Assembly (NCBI GenBank): GCA_037447605.1
Contig: CM074808.1
Location: forward strand, 2,976,001-3,040,000
Direction of reading: 5' to 3'
DNA from: Zygnema circumcarinatum SAG 698-1b
Taxonomy: Eukaryota > Plantae > Zygnematophyceae
DNA: 64,000 nt
The translations under genes were made by a program, and so were the position numbers. The notes beneath the pieces were generated by a model. That model had not been told where the DNA came from and did no database searches. It saw only the letters and a list, made by a program, of their open reading frames with translations. Of this stretch, positions 24,270-38,447 are shown piece after piece. Numbering within the stretch: position 1 is the first letter of the stretch; the number at the start of each line of letters is the position of its first letter.

Positions 24270-27200
24270 ATGGATGGGGAAGGGGGAGGGAAGAAGGGTG
24301 GAAGAGGGGGAAAGAAGGAGAAAGGCAAGAAAGGGAAAGCAAAAGAGGACGATTTTGACAAGGAATTCGGAATTGGCACGGAGGAAGCCGAAGAGCTTTC
24401 GGAAGACTTAGCAGCAAGTGTTGACAAGGGGGATGAAGGGGGAGGGTTTAGCGGGAAAGGGAGGAAAGGGAGGAAGGGGGCTAGCAAGGTGGAAGATGCA
24501 GATGATGAAGCGTCAATTAGCTCTAAAGTATCATCGGTAGATGAAGAACAAAGCAAGGGTGTGAATGCTGCCGGGCGAAGGAAAGGGAAGAAGGGCAAGA
24601 GGGGAGGGAAGGGAGAGGATGCGGAGGACGATGAAGACACAAACTCTTTGCAGGATGCTGGAAAACTGCAGGAGGTCAAGGATGAGGAAGAAGAGGAAGA
24701 GCTTGCTGAAGTGCGCTTCAGCGGGAAGAAGGGGAGCAAGAAAAGTGGTAAGGTTTCTTCAGCCTGGGAACTTCTACAAGCGGCAGAGGAGGAGGACATG
24801 GGCGAGAAGCCGGCTAAGGAGGAGGTGGAAGAGGACGCTTCTATGGAGGAAGAGCTCGTCTTTACCGGAAAGAAGAAGGGGAAGAAGGGAAGCAAGGTGG
24901 GGGATGCAGATGATGAAACATCAATTAGCTCTAAAGTATCATTGGTAGACGAAGAGCAAAGCAAGGATATGAATTCTGCCGGGCGAAAGAAGGGGAAGAA
25001 GGGCAAGAGGGGAGGGAAGGGAGAGGATGCGGAGGACGATGAAGCCACAATTTCTTCGCAGGATGCTGGAAAACTGCAGGATGAGGAAGAGGAGGAAGGG
25101 CTTGCTGAGGTGCGCTTCAGCGGGAAGAGGGGGAACAAGAAAGGTGGTAAGGTTCCTTCGGCATGGGAACTGCTACAGGCGGCAGAGGAGGAAGACATGG
25201 ATGAGAAGCCAGCTAGGGAGGAGGTGGGAGAGGAAACTTCTATGGAGGAAGTGCCTGTCTTTACCGGAAAGAAGAAAGGGAAGAAGGGTAGCAAGGTGGT
25301 GGATGCAGATGAGGAGGCTTCAATCAGCAGCAAAGTGCCCTCGGTGGATGAGGAGGTGGGAGAGGAAGCTTCCATGGAGGAAGGGCTTGTCTTTACCGGA
25401 AAGAAGAAAGGGAAGAAGGGTAGCAAGGTGGTGGATGCAGATGAGGAGGGTTCAATCAGCAGCAAGGGGCCTTCGGTGGATGAGGAGCAAAGTAGGGGTG
25501 CAGGGAAGAAGAAAGGGAAGAAGGGAAAGAAGGGAGGAAAGGAAGATTATGCAGAGGATGATGAAGATTTCGCACCAGTGCAGGAGAGTGAAGGGGTATC
25601 GGGCTTGAGAACTCTAGAGGAAGAAGGGGTAGAGCTTGTCGAGAATCGGTCGAGTCAAAAGAACAAGGGCAAATCGAGCAGTAAGGCTCCGTCAGCTTGG
25701 GAGCTTCTGCAAGCAGCTGAGGAGGAAGATATAGATGAGAAGCAGTCTGAGCGGATCGGGGAAGAAGCAGAGTCTATTGAGGAAGAGCTTGTTTTTGTCG
25801 GAAAGAAGAAAGGGAAGAAAGGAAAGAAGGGGGGAAAAGTGGAGGAACTAGGGGAAAACATTTCGCAGGCTTCATTAAGCAGTAGAAGTCAGAAAGATGA
25901 TTTAGATGCTTTCGAACAGGATGATTCTGTCCCGAACAGTCAACTCAGTGAAATTATTCAGGCTGATGAAAACCCGGTGGAGGAAGGTAGTCAAGCGATG
26001 TTCACCGGCAAACCGAAGCGTACGAAGGGTAAGAAGGCTGCCCAAGATGAAGATATCGATGCGATATTGGCGGAGTTGGAGGGGCCAAAGCAAGTGGTCA
26101 ATGTGGCGAGCATTGGGCAGAGTTCAGTTGCGACTGACAAGAATAAAGGCAAGAAAAAGAAAAACAGTGGAAGGACAGCAGAGGAAGAAGCAGATATTGA
26201 TGCTATTTTAGCCCAATTGGATGGTCCGAAGACCTCCCAACCCGAGTCTGCGCCACCAGTGGCAGAAAAGGAAGCTGGGGATGCTGCAGTGGAGGTAGCA
26301 CAGGGGGCAGAGGGTATGACAACAGAAGAAACAGAGGGGACCAAAGAGTCAGCTGCAGCAAAGAAGAAACAGAAAAAGAAGGAAAGGGAAAAGGCAAAGA
26401 AAACTAAGGAGGCTGAACCAATAGCAGAGGATATTCCACAGGAGGCCAAACCAGTCGATTTGAAGAAACTACCGAAGCATGTTAGGGAAATGCAGGAGCG
26501 ACTTGCAAAGATAAAGGAAGCCGAGGAGAGAGCAAAGAGGGAAGAGGAAGAAAAGAGGAAGAAAGAGGAGGAAGAGGAAGCTCGACTGGCAGAGTTGGAA
26601 AGAATAAAGGAGGAGAGAAAGAGGAGGCAAAAGGAGAAGGAGAAGGAAAAGATAGCTCAGTTGAAAAGAGAAGGTAAGTTTCTGACTCAAAAGGAGAAAG
26701 AAGAGCGGAAGAAGCTGATGGCATTTAGAGAGCAGCTCTTGGCTTCTCAAGGTAGCCTTGAGGAAAAGGATGATGATGTTCAGCCAAAGAAGCCTAAAGT
26801 TATCTATGGAAAGAAAAAGAAGGGGCCCCTGGGACAGAAGGGCCAGCAGGGTGCTGAGGAGGATGAACCTGAGAGGGTGAAGGAGAATGGCGTGGAGCAT
26901 CATGAAGAGACAGTATCGACTGACGCAGCCATGGAGGCAGTTACAGAGACACAACCTTTGGAGGAGCCACCGAAGGAACCTCCCGCAGAGGAGGCAGCGC
27001 TGCTAGAAGTGGCAGAGGAAGTAGAGGAGGAAGAAGAAGAGGATTGGGACGCAAAAAGTTGGGATGCTGTCGAGGTGAATCTCATTAAAAGGAGGACCTT
27101 TGACGATGAAGAAGAAGAGGAAGAGCCAAAGAAGATGGTCAAGTCTGGCTCACTGAAAGGGGCTGCGGGAGCCAAGACCACTAGTGTGGCTGGGGGAAAA

Positions 27201-30200
27201 GCAGCTCCCAAAAGTGCGTCACAGGATGCAGTATCAGCTAAAGGAGCACCTGAAGCAGAAGACGACGAATCAGAGGATGAGTCGGAAGATGAGTCGGAGG
27301 ATGAGAGTGAGAGTGAGGACGATGAGGATACTAAAAGGAAGGATCTATCAAGAAAGAGACGAGAAGAAAGGAAGGCAGAGGCCCTGAAGAATAGGTCGGC
27401 TGAAGATTTGCGATCACCTATTTGCTGTATCTTAGGGCATGTTGACACAGGTAAAACAAAGCTTTTGGATTGTATACGACGCACAAATGTCCAGGAAGGA
27501 GAAGCGGGTGGTATTACGCAACAGATAGGAGCAACATACTTTCCAGCAGAAAACATTCGAGAACGAACGAAGTTATTGAAGGAGGATGCTGATCTGAAGG
27601 TCCCCGGCCTTTTGATCATTGACACGCCCGGACACGAGTCCTTCACCAATTTGCGAGCAAGGGGCTCAGGCCTCTGCGATATTGCTATACTTGTCATTGA
27701 CATAATGCACGGCCTTGAGCCACAGACGATCGAGTCTCTGAACCTGCTGAAGTTGCGGAAAACTCCTTTCATTGTCGCCCTCAACAAGGTCAGTGAAGTT
27801 TTTGTCCCGAGTTTTCCTGAGGGGGCGTGTTTGTTTTTCTACATGCGAGCTTGTATATGCATACAACAAGAGAATCGTTGCATTCGTGACATTCGTTTTC
27901 GTTACAAACTTTGTAAACAGAAAATCTTCTTTTTCTCGTTTCGTTGGATGGCTTTGGTACTCCAAAAATGTTGACACTTTGGATAGTCGTGCATTTTATG
28001 AAGATCTATTGTTTAGGACTTTCTTTGATAATGAAGATTTTGCTAGAGTATGCAATGAACACCCCCCTTGATCGGGAAAACGGCATGTATCTTGACTCAA
28101 TGTCTTAATTGAACTAGTTCACAAAGACATCATGCACATTTCAACAGCAGACTACAGTTTGTTGGTTTTCAGGAATCTTACCCGCTTAAAAGTTGCAAGA
28201 ATCAATGCAAGACATTTCAGAACTTGATCTCCATTTAAGATGAATTCCTGCAAACCCTAAATAACTGCATTAGAGAACCACAACATTGTGAATGTAAGCA
28301 CACCTTAGTAAGTATACACTTTGTGCAGTGAAACTCTTCTGCGGCTCATGTGGTTCCTAAGGTATAATGGCTGAAAGATGGCTTGAGAATTGAATCTTTC
28401 TTCTCCCCCTCGAAACTGAAGAGGAGAGCTTTTGAACAAATACAAGACGCGTGAAGGTGTTGTTAATTGAAAAAAACCTTGAAGAGACAGAAGAGTTGCA
28501 CCTAACTGGAGGGAGGGTTTGGATGGAATTTTGTGGATTCTGCAAGCATTTGCCAACAGGTGGACCGAATGTACGGATGGAAAACGTGTCTCAATGCTCC
28601 TATGCGGCAGGCTTTGAAAGAGCAGAAGAAAGATGCCGTGCAGGAATTTGAACGAAGGGCGCAAGATGTGAGTGAGGAACATCTGTCGAACATTTATTTT
28701 TTTAACCATATTCAATTAAGCAATGCAGTCCCGTTTGCTTCTCGTCTGAGTCCCTACTCCATTCCTTCGTGCACACCCCCCCCCCTCCACCCCTCAACAA
28801 TTTGTGGCTAAGTTCGCAGTCGGCTTGTACAGGAAGTGTCATGTCAGACATAGGGAATTTGGATCAATCATTATCACGTAAAGAGAAGCCTAGTAGCTAT
28901 CACAAAATATGGAGTGTAGAAACTGGTCGATTCAATAAGCACTGTCATTCCTTATCTCACCTCTGTGTGCTAAGGCTATCATGGTAGGCCATATTTAATT
29001 CAAGGTTGCGAAATGTTTTCGTCGAACAGACAATGTGCAATAGAGTCATTCAACATTACTTGACCAGCTACTCGGATGACTTTGGAACCTACAGGCTATC
29101 AACGAGCTTAAGGCTCAAGGGCTGAACGCCGAGATTTATTGGAAGAATCCTGACATCCGCAAATATATCAGCATAGTACCAACCTCTGCTATCAGGTATA
29201 TCTCTCCCATTCATACATTTAGGCCACTCCATGTGGAAGGTGAAAGGGGTTCAAACAGGGGAATATAAGGGTAATGGCTAAAGCAAACGAGTCAGTAGAC
29301 TTTGAAACTCTAGGTTTATGAACTTTTAATTGCAAGAAATGCGAAGTACTCTATAGGAAATGGAGGGCTTGGTGCGCTATCCCCTGGTTCTATGTGGCTT
29401 CCTTTTTTCCATGCTTAAGGGGAATGCTGATCAGAATAACTTTGTCATTGCCTCTGAATCGGTCAGTAAACCCAGCAATAGATTTAAGTACTAAGAACTT
29501 AAACTGTCGTTTTTCTTATCTATGGGAAGTGCTTCACATGCATGGTTGCAGTGGAGAAGGTATCCCCGACATTTTGCTGCTGCTGGTACAGCTCACGCAG
29601 AAGATGATGCAGGAGAAGCTCATGTTTATCAGCGAAGTGCAGGTGCCATTCATGCTCCATGGTTGCCATTGTTATCATTTCTTAAGTATGGACAGCCCCT
29701 AGCGTTTCATAAATCCACAGTGGCAGTTCACACGCAGGCTCGAAGTTGATTGGTCATTCTTAAGTTCCTCCAAGACATCCCGTGGGAAATGTTCAGTCAG
29801 CTTCTATGTGGATACACGCATCATGTGATTTTTGCTTGTTGACTAATACCTGCAGTCTTGTGTCTGGGAAAGAGAGAATGGGAGGGAAAGATGAGATGGG
29901 GTCAGTGAAAGTGATCGTTTGCCCCGTATTGGGAAAGGTCCCTGTTATAGCTGGTCTTTGTTTCTTGAATTAGTCAACTATTGACCATTCTGTGCACTTA
30001 CCAAAAGACTCTTGCTGTTTGCAGGCGACTGTCCTGGAGGTGAAGGTGGTGGAGGGATTGGGTACCACTATTGATGTTGTCCTTGTGAACGGAGTCCTGC
30101 ATGAGGGAGATCAGATCGTCGTCTGCGGTATGCAGGTACAGCAGCCTCTTTTCTTCCTTTAAGAATTTCGGCTATTGCGTTATCTGAAACTTATTCTAAC

Positions 30201-33200
30201 AGCTTGTTTCTGAAAGTTAATTGGCCTTTTTCTTTGCCCGATCGTGTAGGGGCCGATTGTGACCAACATTCGAGCGCTGCTGACACCCCACCCAATGAAA
30301 GAACTTCGAGTGAAGGTGTGTTGGTCAGAGCCATATGTCTAGCAAAAAGTGCAGGGGCCCTACTACTACTACTACTACTACTTGTAGTCAATAACGTTGA
30401 GTGGAGTGTAATGCGGGGGAGTTGCAGTGTGCTAAGCTCTTTGCTGACCGTCCAACATTCATGATGATATTCAAGCAGTTCGTATAATTCAGATGCGGCT
30501 GATTGCAGTAGATCTTCCTTAGCGAGGTGGAAAGGCCACTCTTGATTGCTGTTGAAAGTAACATCTAAAGCTCTATAATGTGTTTCGGGAAAGACAGTGT
30601 TTTCCTGACATCCTTGATTTTGTGGATATGACCCAGGGTTCATACGTTCATCATAAGGAGCTCAAGGCAGCGCAGGGCATTAAGATCACTGCTCAGGTAC
30701 AGCGAGAACAAAAAATTCAAAGGCTTGAATATCTTTCATGTCCTTCGCTAATATAATTGTTTGTTATCCGTTTTATGTCTGATACCTTGCTTGACTTACA
30801 CCTTCCCTTATACCGGATTTTTATTCAACTCTCGATACGGTTGACACATGAGCCAGCCCAATTGAAAGTGATTTTAAAGTATCAAACGTGGGTGTAGACA
30901 TAAGTCTTCACCAATATCTGTACAGCATAGATTCATTTGCGGAAGGCTCCTTCAAGAACTCTTCATGGGTTGCCACTATTGACAGGATCACCAAACCCTT
31001 TGTAACCCATGTATGTGTACATGTTTCACATGTGTATATGAAGCTCTAAGCAACCCAATTTGCGACTGTTGTTGGCATGCAGGGTCTGGAACATGCCATA
31101 GCTGGCACTCAGCTCTATGTGGTTGGGCCGGAGGATGACCTGGACGATGTGAGAGAGGAGGCAATGCAGGACGTGAAGGGCATGTTGAGTCGTGTGGACA
31201 AGTCGGGAGAGGGAGTGTGTGTGCAGGCTTCAACTTTGGGCTCCCTTGAAGCGCTGTTGGAGTTTTTGAAGAGTCCTGCAGTCAAGATTCCTGTCTCAGG
31301 AATCGCAATTGGGCCAGTTCATAAGAAGGATGTGATGCGAGCGAGCGTCATGTTGGAGCGGAAGAAGAAAGAATTCGCGGTGATTTTGGCATTTGATGTC
31401 AAGGTGGGTGGCAGAGAATTAGAAAATTGGGCTTCTTATGTGCTTGCAATTTCCTTGCCCACCCCCCCCCCCTCCTCCCTCCCCCCACCCAAACCAGCCA
31501 CGGACATTGTGTACTTTAGTGTGCAAACAGTGGTAGTTGTGAACAGGCCTTGTTTGTGCGGCACCAACCCATCTTTCTTTCCTTTGTGTATTGAATCTTG
31601 AAAGGAGACTTTGTCTACTAGGTTAAGAGGAAGTACGTTTCTAGGTTTCGGGTAAGCAAAAATGTATGAGAATAGATAAATTACGCAGCGAGTAAGCGAG
31701 CACCGTTGTGGTTTATCTGATATATTGGAGCTGTCGCCAATAGTTAGAGGAATGAATATTCTCATTCATTTTTATTTTTATTTTTTATTTATTTTTCATT
31801 TATTTTTCTATTCTTTATTGTCCTTTGTTGCGGGTTCGCCAGGTGTCAGCTGAGGCACAGGACTTGGCAAAGGAGCTTGGGGTCACCATTTTCACTGCCG
31901 ATATTATCTACCATCTCTTCGATTCCTTTACTGCGTACATGAAGGATGTGAAGGAAAAAGCACGAGAAGCAACAGCAGAAGATGCTGTCTTCCCAGTGGT
32001 GCTCAAGATTCTGCCGAACTGCATCTTCAATAAGAAGGACCCCATAGTGCTGGGAGTAGAAGTGGTGGATGGCGTTGCCAAGGTTAGTATTCACCTCCAA
32101 CATTGGGAAGGGGGTCGTTACCGGACAGTCTGCGAAGTTTACTTGGGATTTCATTGTCCTGTACTATTCTTGAATATTGCCTTACTGGCTTGTTGTATTA
32201 TTGCCTTGTCTCGATTTCCAGGTGGGCACGCCCATCTGCATTCCTTCGCAAGAGTTCATTGAGATTGGAAAGATTGCCTCCATGGAGAAGGATCACAAGA
32301 TGACGGACGTTGCAAGAAAGGGCCAAGCGGTGGCTATGAAGGTACCGACTGTACTCACACATCGTCCGGGCAGAAACATTGATGATTGTTCAGGAATTAG
32401 CAGTAGACTCGCATATGTCAACTTGACTTGCCAGCTCTCCCGAGACATGGCGTCATGGCCATGCCCAGCTTTCTGAAGTGCTTGGCTGTCATTTAGGATT
32501 TGCGTTTTCACCTTCCTTGGAATGCCAGTAATCTGCTTGAAGTTTTCTCATTCCCTGTGCTGTTGGTACAGATTCATGATTCATGTGTTAAGAACACGTT
32601 TGTGAGGGAAACATATGTGTCGTACTGTTTTATCTATTCCTGCAAGCTTAGAAGATTTTGAAGTTTTGCTACTTGTTATATGATAAGCCATTAGCAAGTA
32701 TTCGTGTGTGAGCGTGGTCTAACTGTAAGTTACTGAGTTGTTATTGGCATGCAGATTGTTGGTTCCAACCAAGAGGAGCTCCAAAAATCATTTGGTCGCC
32801 ACTTTACACATGAGGATGAACTCGTAAGCCGCATAAGTCGGCAATCTATCGATGTCCTCAAAGAGAACTATCGGGTACGAAAACGTTTCCTCCTGCTAAC
32901 CTTACATGAACAGACCCAGACCCATCATGGAAGACAAAAGGTGTTTTAATTGTGCTTTCTGCTGCTGTCTATCGTTAGCAAAAAGCACTTTCTCTGGGAA
33001 GCTTCAACAGAGGCAGTTCCCCATGGAGGACATCACTTGGACTGTAGAATAAGTGGGGTTTGTGAAACTATATTTTCCCATGCAAAATATCGACTGCTTG
33101 AATAAGACTGCAATATGGTATTGTAGACCTCTAGAAGGGATCCATTCTTTTGCACAGTGAGGTAAGCCCTTACCCTTGCACCTTCAAGTGAGTCGACCTG

Positions 33201-33303
33201 TGAACGATAACGGGAGGGAGGGGCTCCATGTGTGCAGGACGACCTGACTCGAGACGACTGGATATTGGTGGTGAAGCTGAAGAAGTTATTTGAAATTCCG
33301 TAG
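24270..33303 (+). CDS. eIF5B: Eukaryotic translation initiation factor 5B
   Basis: [79 protein letters not shown]-terminal [16 protein letters not shown]. Long charged N-terminus; start codon is approximate. Confidence 0.97.
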
Positions 33304-34105
33304 TTCCTTGGGAAGGTAACGGAAGACTTCATTTCAAGTCTGTTCTTGGATGCAACGAGTAGGGGCTGACGACTCAAGCGGAGCCTTCCAATTCGGAAGG
33401 TTTTTAGATGTTAGGAGCACATAGTCAGCAGACAAAGGCCGAGCGCGGTTGTTAGGTGAATGAGGTTATCGGGAACGAGGCAAAATTCGCCAAATCTGCA
33501 GAGTATTGTCTCTCCACAATTTTTGCTCTGGAAGCCAACGAGCAGAGTGCTCCTTAGAAGAGGCAGAAGGCTGAAGTGAGGGGCCATCAGTTCAAAATGT
33601 TTGTATCTTCGATTTAAAGACTTTCTGCACACTCCAACTTTTCTGCTTTTCAAGATGTCAAATTTGTTCGTCATTGGCACTTTCTTATCGGTATGTGGGA
33701 AGAGGCAATTTCACATTAAAGACAATCTCTAATAAAACTCTAAACTCTAAACTTTTCTTTTTTCCTAGGTCCTTTGCGACAAGTTCCTAGTCGTTCCCTA
33801 TGATGATTTTGTCCATGCACATTTGATGGCATTGCCACTGTGAGATCAATGCCACATCCTTTTCCTAATTATGGGAGAGGAGCTGCAGACAATCAACATC
33901 AAAACTAGAGAAAACCCTTCTGATATGGACCCAAGAGTCACCATTCCACCCTTCAGTTACAGTATTGTACGAATCTAAGTGCTATTTGATCTCAAGTCGC
34001 ATGTACAACGATAGTGCAAATGCCCAGACCCTGCGTTGGCAGATGTATGGGGAGTCCTCGTCCCTTCCTCGTCGGGTTCCCTCAGTGGAGGAGAGAGCCA
34101 TCAAA

Positions 34106-37100
34106 TCAGTTTTCCTTCTTGTCTGAGCCCTCAAATAGCACTCCAGTTGTTCCAACTTCAATCCGCTGCAATATGTTGACATAAGTGTATGCTGCAAATG
34201 CGACAAACAGCCATCGGAACCTGCAAAGAACAAGCAACAACCTTTAGTCTCCTGATAAAAGTGGTCGATCAAAAAGAAGGATGATCTTACTTGTTGAATT
34301 GGCTCCATTCTCTCCCTTTTTTCTTTTTTTGCTTTTTTTCAACATCGTTTAAGGACTTGGATGTCAAGGGAGGGAGAGAGATCATGTGCTCGCCAAACGA
34401 ATTGGCTCCAATGGCATCGCATGGCTTCAACATTCTTCAAAGGACTGCGGCTGAAATATATTCGCCGGTTGGGACCTCGTCCGTAAAGCTCAAATAGAGC
34501 AATTAAGATATTTAATGGACCACAGAATTTCCGAATCAGGCTATGACTTCTCTGCACTTACACCACCGCCCATTGTTTAGTGAGTGCATCAGCAGTGTTA
34601 AGAACATGAACACCGAAACAGACTATGAAGTGAGCTGATGGGTCTCGGGCTAGAACATGATGAAACATGAAACACTTGCTCGAAAGTTCCTTTGACGATG
34701 GATTGAGAGAGAAGATGAGAGAAGAGAGAAGATGTTGTTTGAACGTTTCTTCTAAAAGATACCGAAGGGGGAAACATGGACTTCATGAAGAGAAGCGGAC
34801 CCCTTACCAACGACCATCCTTGCAAGGTATGAGAAGGGGCTGAAGCACTCCAGTTTTCCAGGAGGGCTCTGCATGCAGTGAGGTTTACACGTCAAACTGA
34901 GTTTCCTTGACAAGCTATCAGCGAGTGGGAAGCCAAAACGAGGAGTGACTATAATCTAAAGGACTGCGGTGTAGAATGAAAATCCGCACAGTGAAGTGTT
35001 TCTCTTTCTTTCCTGTGTTTTATTTGTGGAAAGGATGAATTTTACCTCAACGAGGGAGACATGTCAGATATTGGTTTAAAGCTGTGATTGAGCTTGAAAA
35101 GGAACTGTGGGTGCTAGACAGGGGCCACTTTGGCACCGGTGGGAAAAAAAGCTCAGACCCGTTACTCTCTTCGGAAAAGGAGAGAGCTAAAGGTAACGGA
35201 TCGGTTCATGCCCACCTCACTCCTTCGTATGTGGCGATGTGGTTAGGATGGCCCGACACACCGTACGAGTCAAATGTCACAATCTGACAAAAAAAAAATG
35301 CCGAAACTCTCGCATCAGGAAGAAGCAGCAAGGAACGGAGCTTCATAACTCTCCCAGAAACACTTCGAGAAAAGCCAACCCCCTATGTTTATGAGCCTTG
35401 GCTGGCCACTGGATCATAACAAGAAATGTTCACAACTACCAAGGAACCACGAAGTTCAAGGCATTTGCAGGTTTGGAGGAATGCAATGCCTCACCATGGA
35501 GGCATGTGAGTCCTTGACAGCTTTCTCAAGGAGAGGCAGTAAAGTAGGCAATTCCCAATTTTCATGGAAACCATCCTGGATGAAGAACCAGGGGAGAACA
35601 TTAAATAGTCGTCAATGAATGTTTCTTGGATTTGTAGATCGCAAGGACATTCAGATTTTTCGGTATTGAGCCACTTTAGGGAGCATAATGGAAATGGTAA
35701 CAGTAAGGATTGTTTTAAGAGAGTGCACCTGCAGGTGTGGATGGTCCACTATGTTGATGTTGGTAGGGCGAACCTGTTAAGACAGTATCCGTTTCAGGGA
35801 TTGTAGGGTACGCTTACAGCGTCCAGGACTCAAGAAAGATGAATGCGAGAATGTGTGCATGTGTGCGGTGTGTGTGAGAGAGAGAGCGAGAAATGGCAAA
35901 CGTAGTCTTTTACTTTTTAACTTGGAAAGGGGAACCGACAAGCGGGAACACTTTCGTTGTAAATTCAGCTATTCGACTGTTTCTTCCTGGGAGAAAGGTC
36001 ACATTACTGCTGAGGTTTTAGTCATAGGTCACCTTAAGCACTTGGCAAGAAGCGATTAGCTCCCTTTGCCGGATCTCTCCCAGCCCAAACGCATTTCCTG
36101 CATTTCTGCCCCATTACACACATAACTTTCTAACATTATTCCAGTAGTGTAGGATGATCCAGGTCACATCCGATCCCACTTCATTCATGGGTTTGCATGA
36201 CCATCAATGTTCAACGATGGGCCTATTGTCAGGGCATCATGCGCCCGCCTTAAACAATTCACTTGTTCAGGATTTTCAAGCCATGCAGAATGGCAAATGT
36301 GATCAAGGTGCAAGATCTTCAATATCCGGCCCCGCGTCGGAGTCATAACTTACCGGTAGATAGGCAAAGCACATGGAGGTGGTGGTTATCAAGAGTGGAG
36401 AGTGCCAACATGGTAGGAGCAAAAAACCTGAAGCCATCTCCCTGCCAGCACGACTCATGAATATTGCTGCCTTGCTGCGTTTGAGCAAAAGAACTTACAT
36501 ATGCAGTTCTTTTACAAACACACGGAAGCAAGCCAGTCCTTGTGAATTTTTCTGGCGCTTCTCTTTCACCGAGGCGACAATATTTTCCCTCTCGTCCTAG
36601 GCATTGCTCTCATTAATTAGGATGAGAATGAACCCAATTGCTGTGTCATCGACACTGTTTGAACCTTCAGATTTTTTGGTCTGAGGAATATCTATACAGA
36701 TTGTTTGATAGAACAGGGGCACGTGGCACGTACATGCACTCATCGTCAGGATGTGCGATCACGAAAAGAATGTTTACAGGATCAGCTTCCGCTTGTCCTG
36801 CAGGAGAGAACACAAAATGTCGTGAATGACAGTAGGATTTTCTCAATGTGTTCCTGCCAATCGCGTTCGGAAGTACCAAGCTTTAAGTTCTGTGAGCATA
36901 CACTTAGATACGTTTCATATTCTGAGATGGTGAATGAGGTGGGAGGAAGAGTCCGGGAGTGACTGTGTGTAAAAGAGTACAGTTCTCTTACGCAAAACCT
37001 TGTATCTCTGAATTGTTTCAAGAAAATTGTTAGCATTATTACACCCGTCTGGCTCCATTGATTGAACACTGCCTCAAGTAAGCTTCTTCGTCACAGTCTT

Positions 37101-37379
37101 CGGAAGATACAGAAATTCCTTAAAAAAACACTGTTCTCCGACTGAAAGCTACAATTGCTTTGCTGTTCAAGGCAGTCTTATCTTATCAACTCCAATCCAC
37201 TTTTGCTTTCGTTTCCTTTCAGCACTACACCAATTTTGTAGATTCCTGCGTAATCTCATTGAGACCCTAATTCCTGATTCCCACTCGATTTTCAAAATAA
37301 AGCGATGCTTTCCCAGCGTTTAAGAACTTATCATATTGCCTATGTCACCTGCAGCTGCAGTGCTCATTGCTGTTTCCAT
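34106..37379 (-). CDS. PIGL: GlcNAc-PI de-N-acetylase (GPI biosynthesis); 5' end uncertain
   Basis: Exons NILFVIAHPDDECM/FFAPT..LHVLCLSTG, DGFHENW, IVTFDSYGVSGHPNH, AMRCHWSQFVW/FRWLFVAF. Stop at 34106-34108. Structure upstream of 36797 is a guess. Confidence 0.9.
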
Positions 37380-38447
37380 GAGTTCCCTTTCTCCTCACCA
37401 GCAGAGTGGCCCTTCATTCATGAGCCATCCCTGCGTGTGTGAGGGAGGACACAGCCACATCCTATGCAGCTCCCGCTCAAAGGAGGGGATGTAAACTGTA
37501 TCCATACCATGAACGGCCATGGCGAAGGCATGGTCATGGTCGCCATGCCATGGATGCATGGCACATTGGCATGGCCACACGGCCAAGAACATGATGCCCA
37601 TCAACATCATGTCATGACCCATGGCATGAAGCGAATGAACTCATCATCATCCTCATGACATGGCCATGGCCATGGCATCGCACCTTGCATGGCATGTGTT
37701 GAGGGATGCATTCGTTGGAGAATGAATTGAATTGGTAAATTCCCTTAGAAATGATTTATATTTGAAGTTTTTTTGTTTGAAAATTTGCAAGCAATCGCTG
37801 AGAGCTTTGGGAAAACAACTGTAGTTGCAGGGAGGCGTGACGCCCTAATAAATTTTCAACATCGATTACCTTCAGTTTGCAGATGGTATTGGAGCACAGC
37901 TCTTGGAAGTCTTTCTAGCTTGCGATCTACGGGTACCCACTGCTGCCTCCATAAACTAAAATGACTGCTGTGAAATTCAAATAAAAAAACTAGACCGCCT
38001 CCAATACAGCAGAAATCGCTGGGTTTTGGACCATTTGCCCCTTGAAGTTTTTTTACTTCCCACAAATGTTCCAATCAAAACGTACGACCATATTTTCGGT
38101 TTCCAAAACTCCCAAACAACACTTAAAGACCTTACAATGGAGCCTCCACACAGTATGGCGTCATAGTATGGATTCATATTTATTGAAAAATCGAAGCTAC
38201 CGCTACTTCATACCAAGAATTTCAAGCTTTTCTAAGGACCATACGTGGCTGTCCCTCATCGCCCGGCTAAGAACAGAGAGCCCATCCATCCATCCATCCA
38301 TCCACCCCCCACCATGACCATCGCCTCTCGTTGAAAACGAGCATTCTCAATTATAAATAGCATCGCAATGAATGTTGAAAGCTCTACAGTCTGCAAAAAC
38401 AATGCCTACCTTCCAAAAAATAGCGTAAAACCAATACCTACCTCCGC

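Noticed and set aside
24011-27787. Long minus-strand Ser/Phe/Pro-rich ORFs (484 aa, 295 aa)
   Set aside because: Antisense shadows of the Glu/Lys-rich eIF5B exon.
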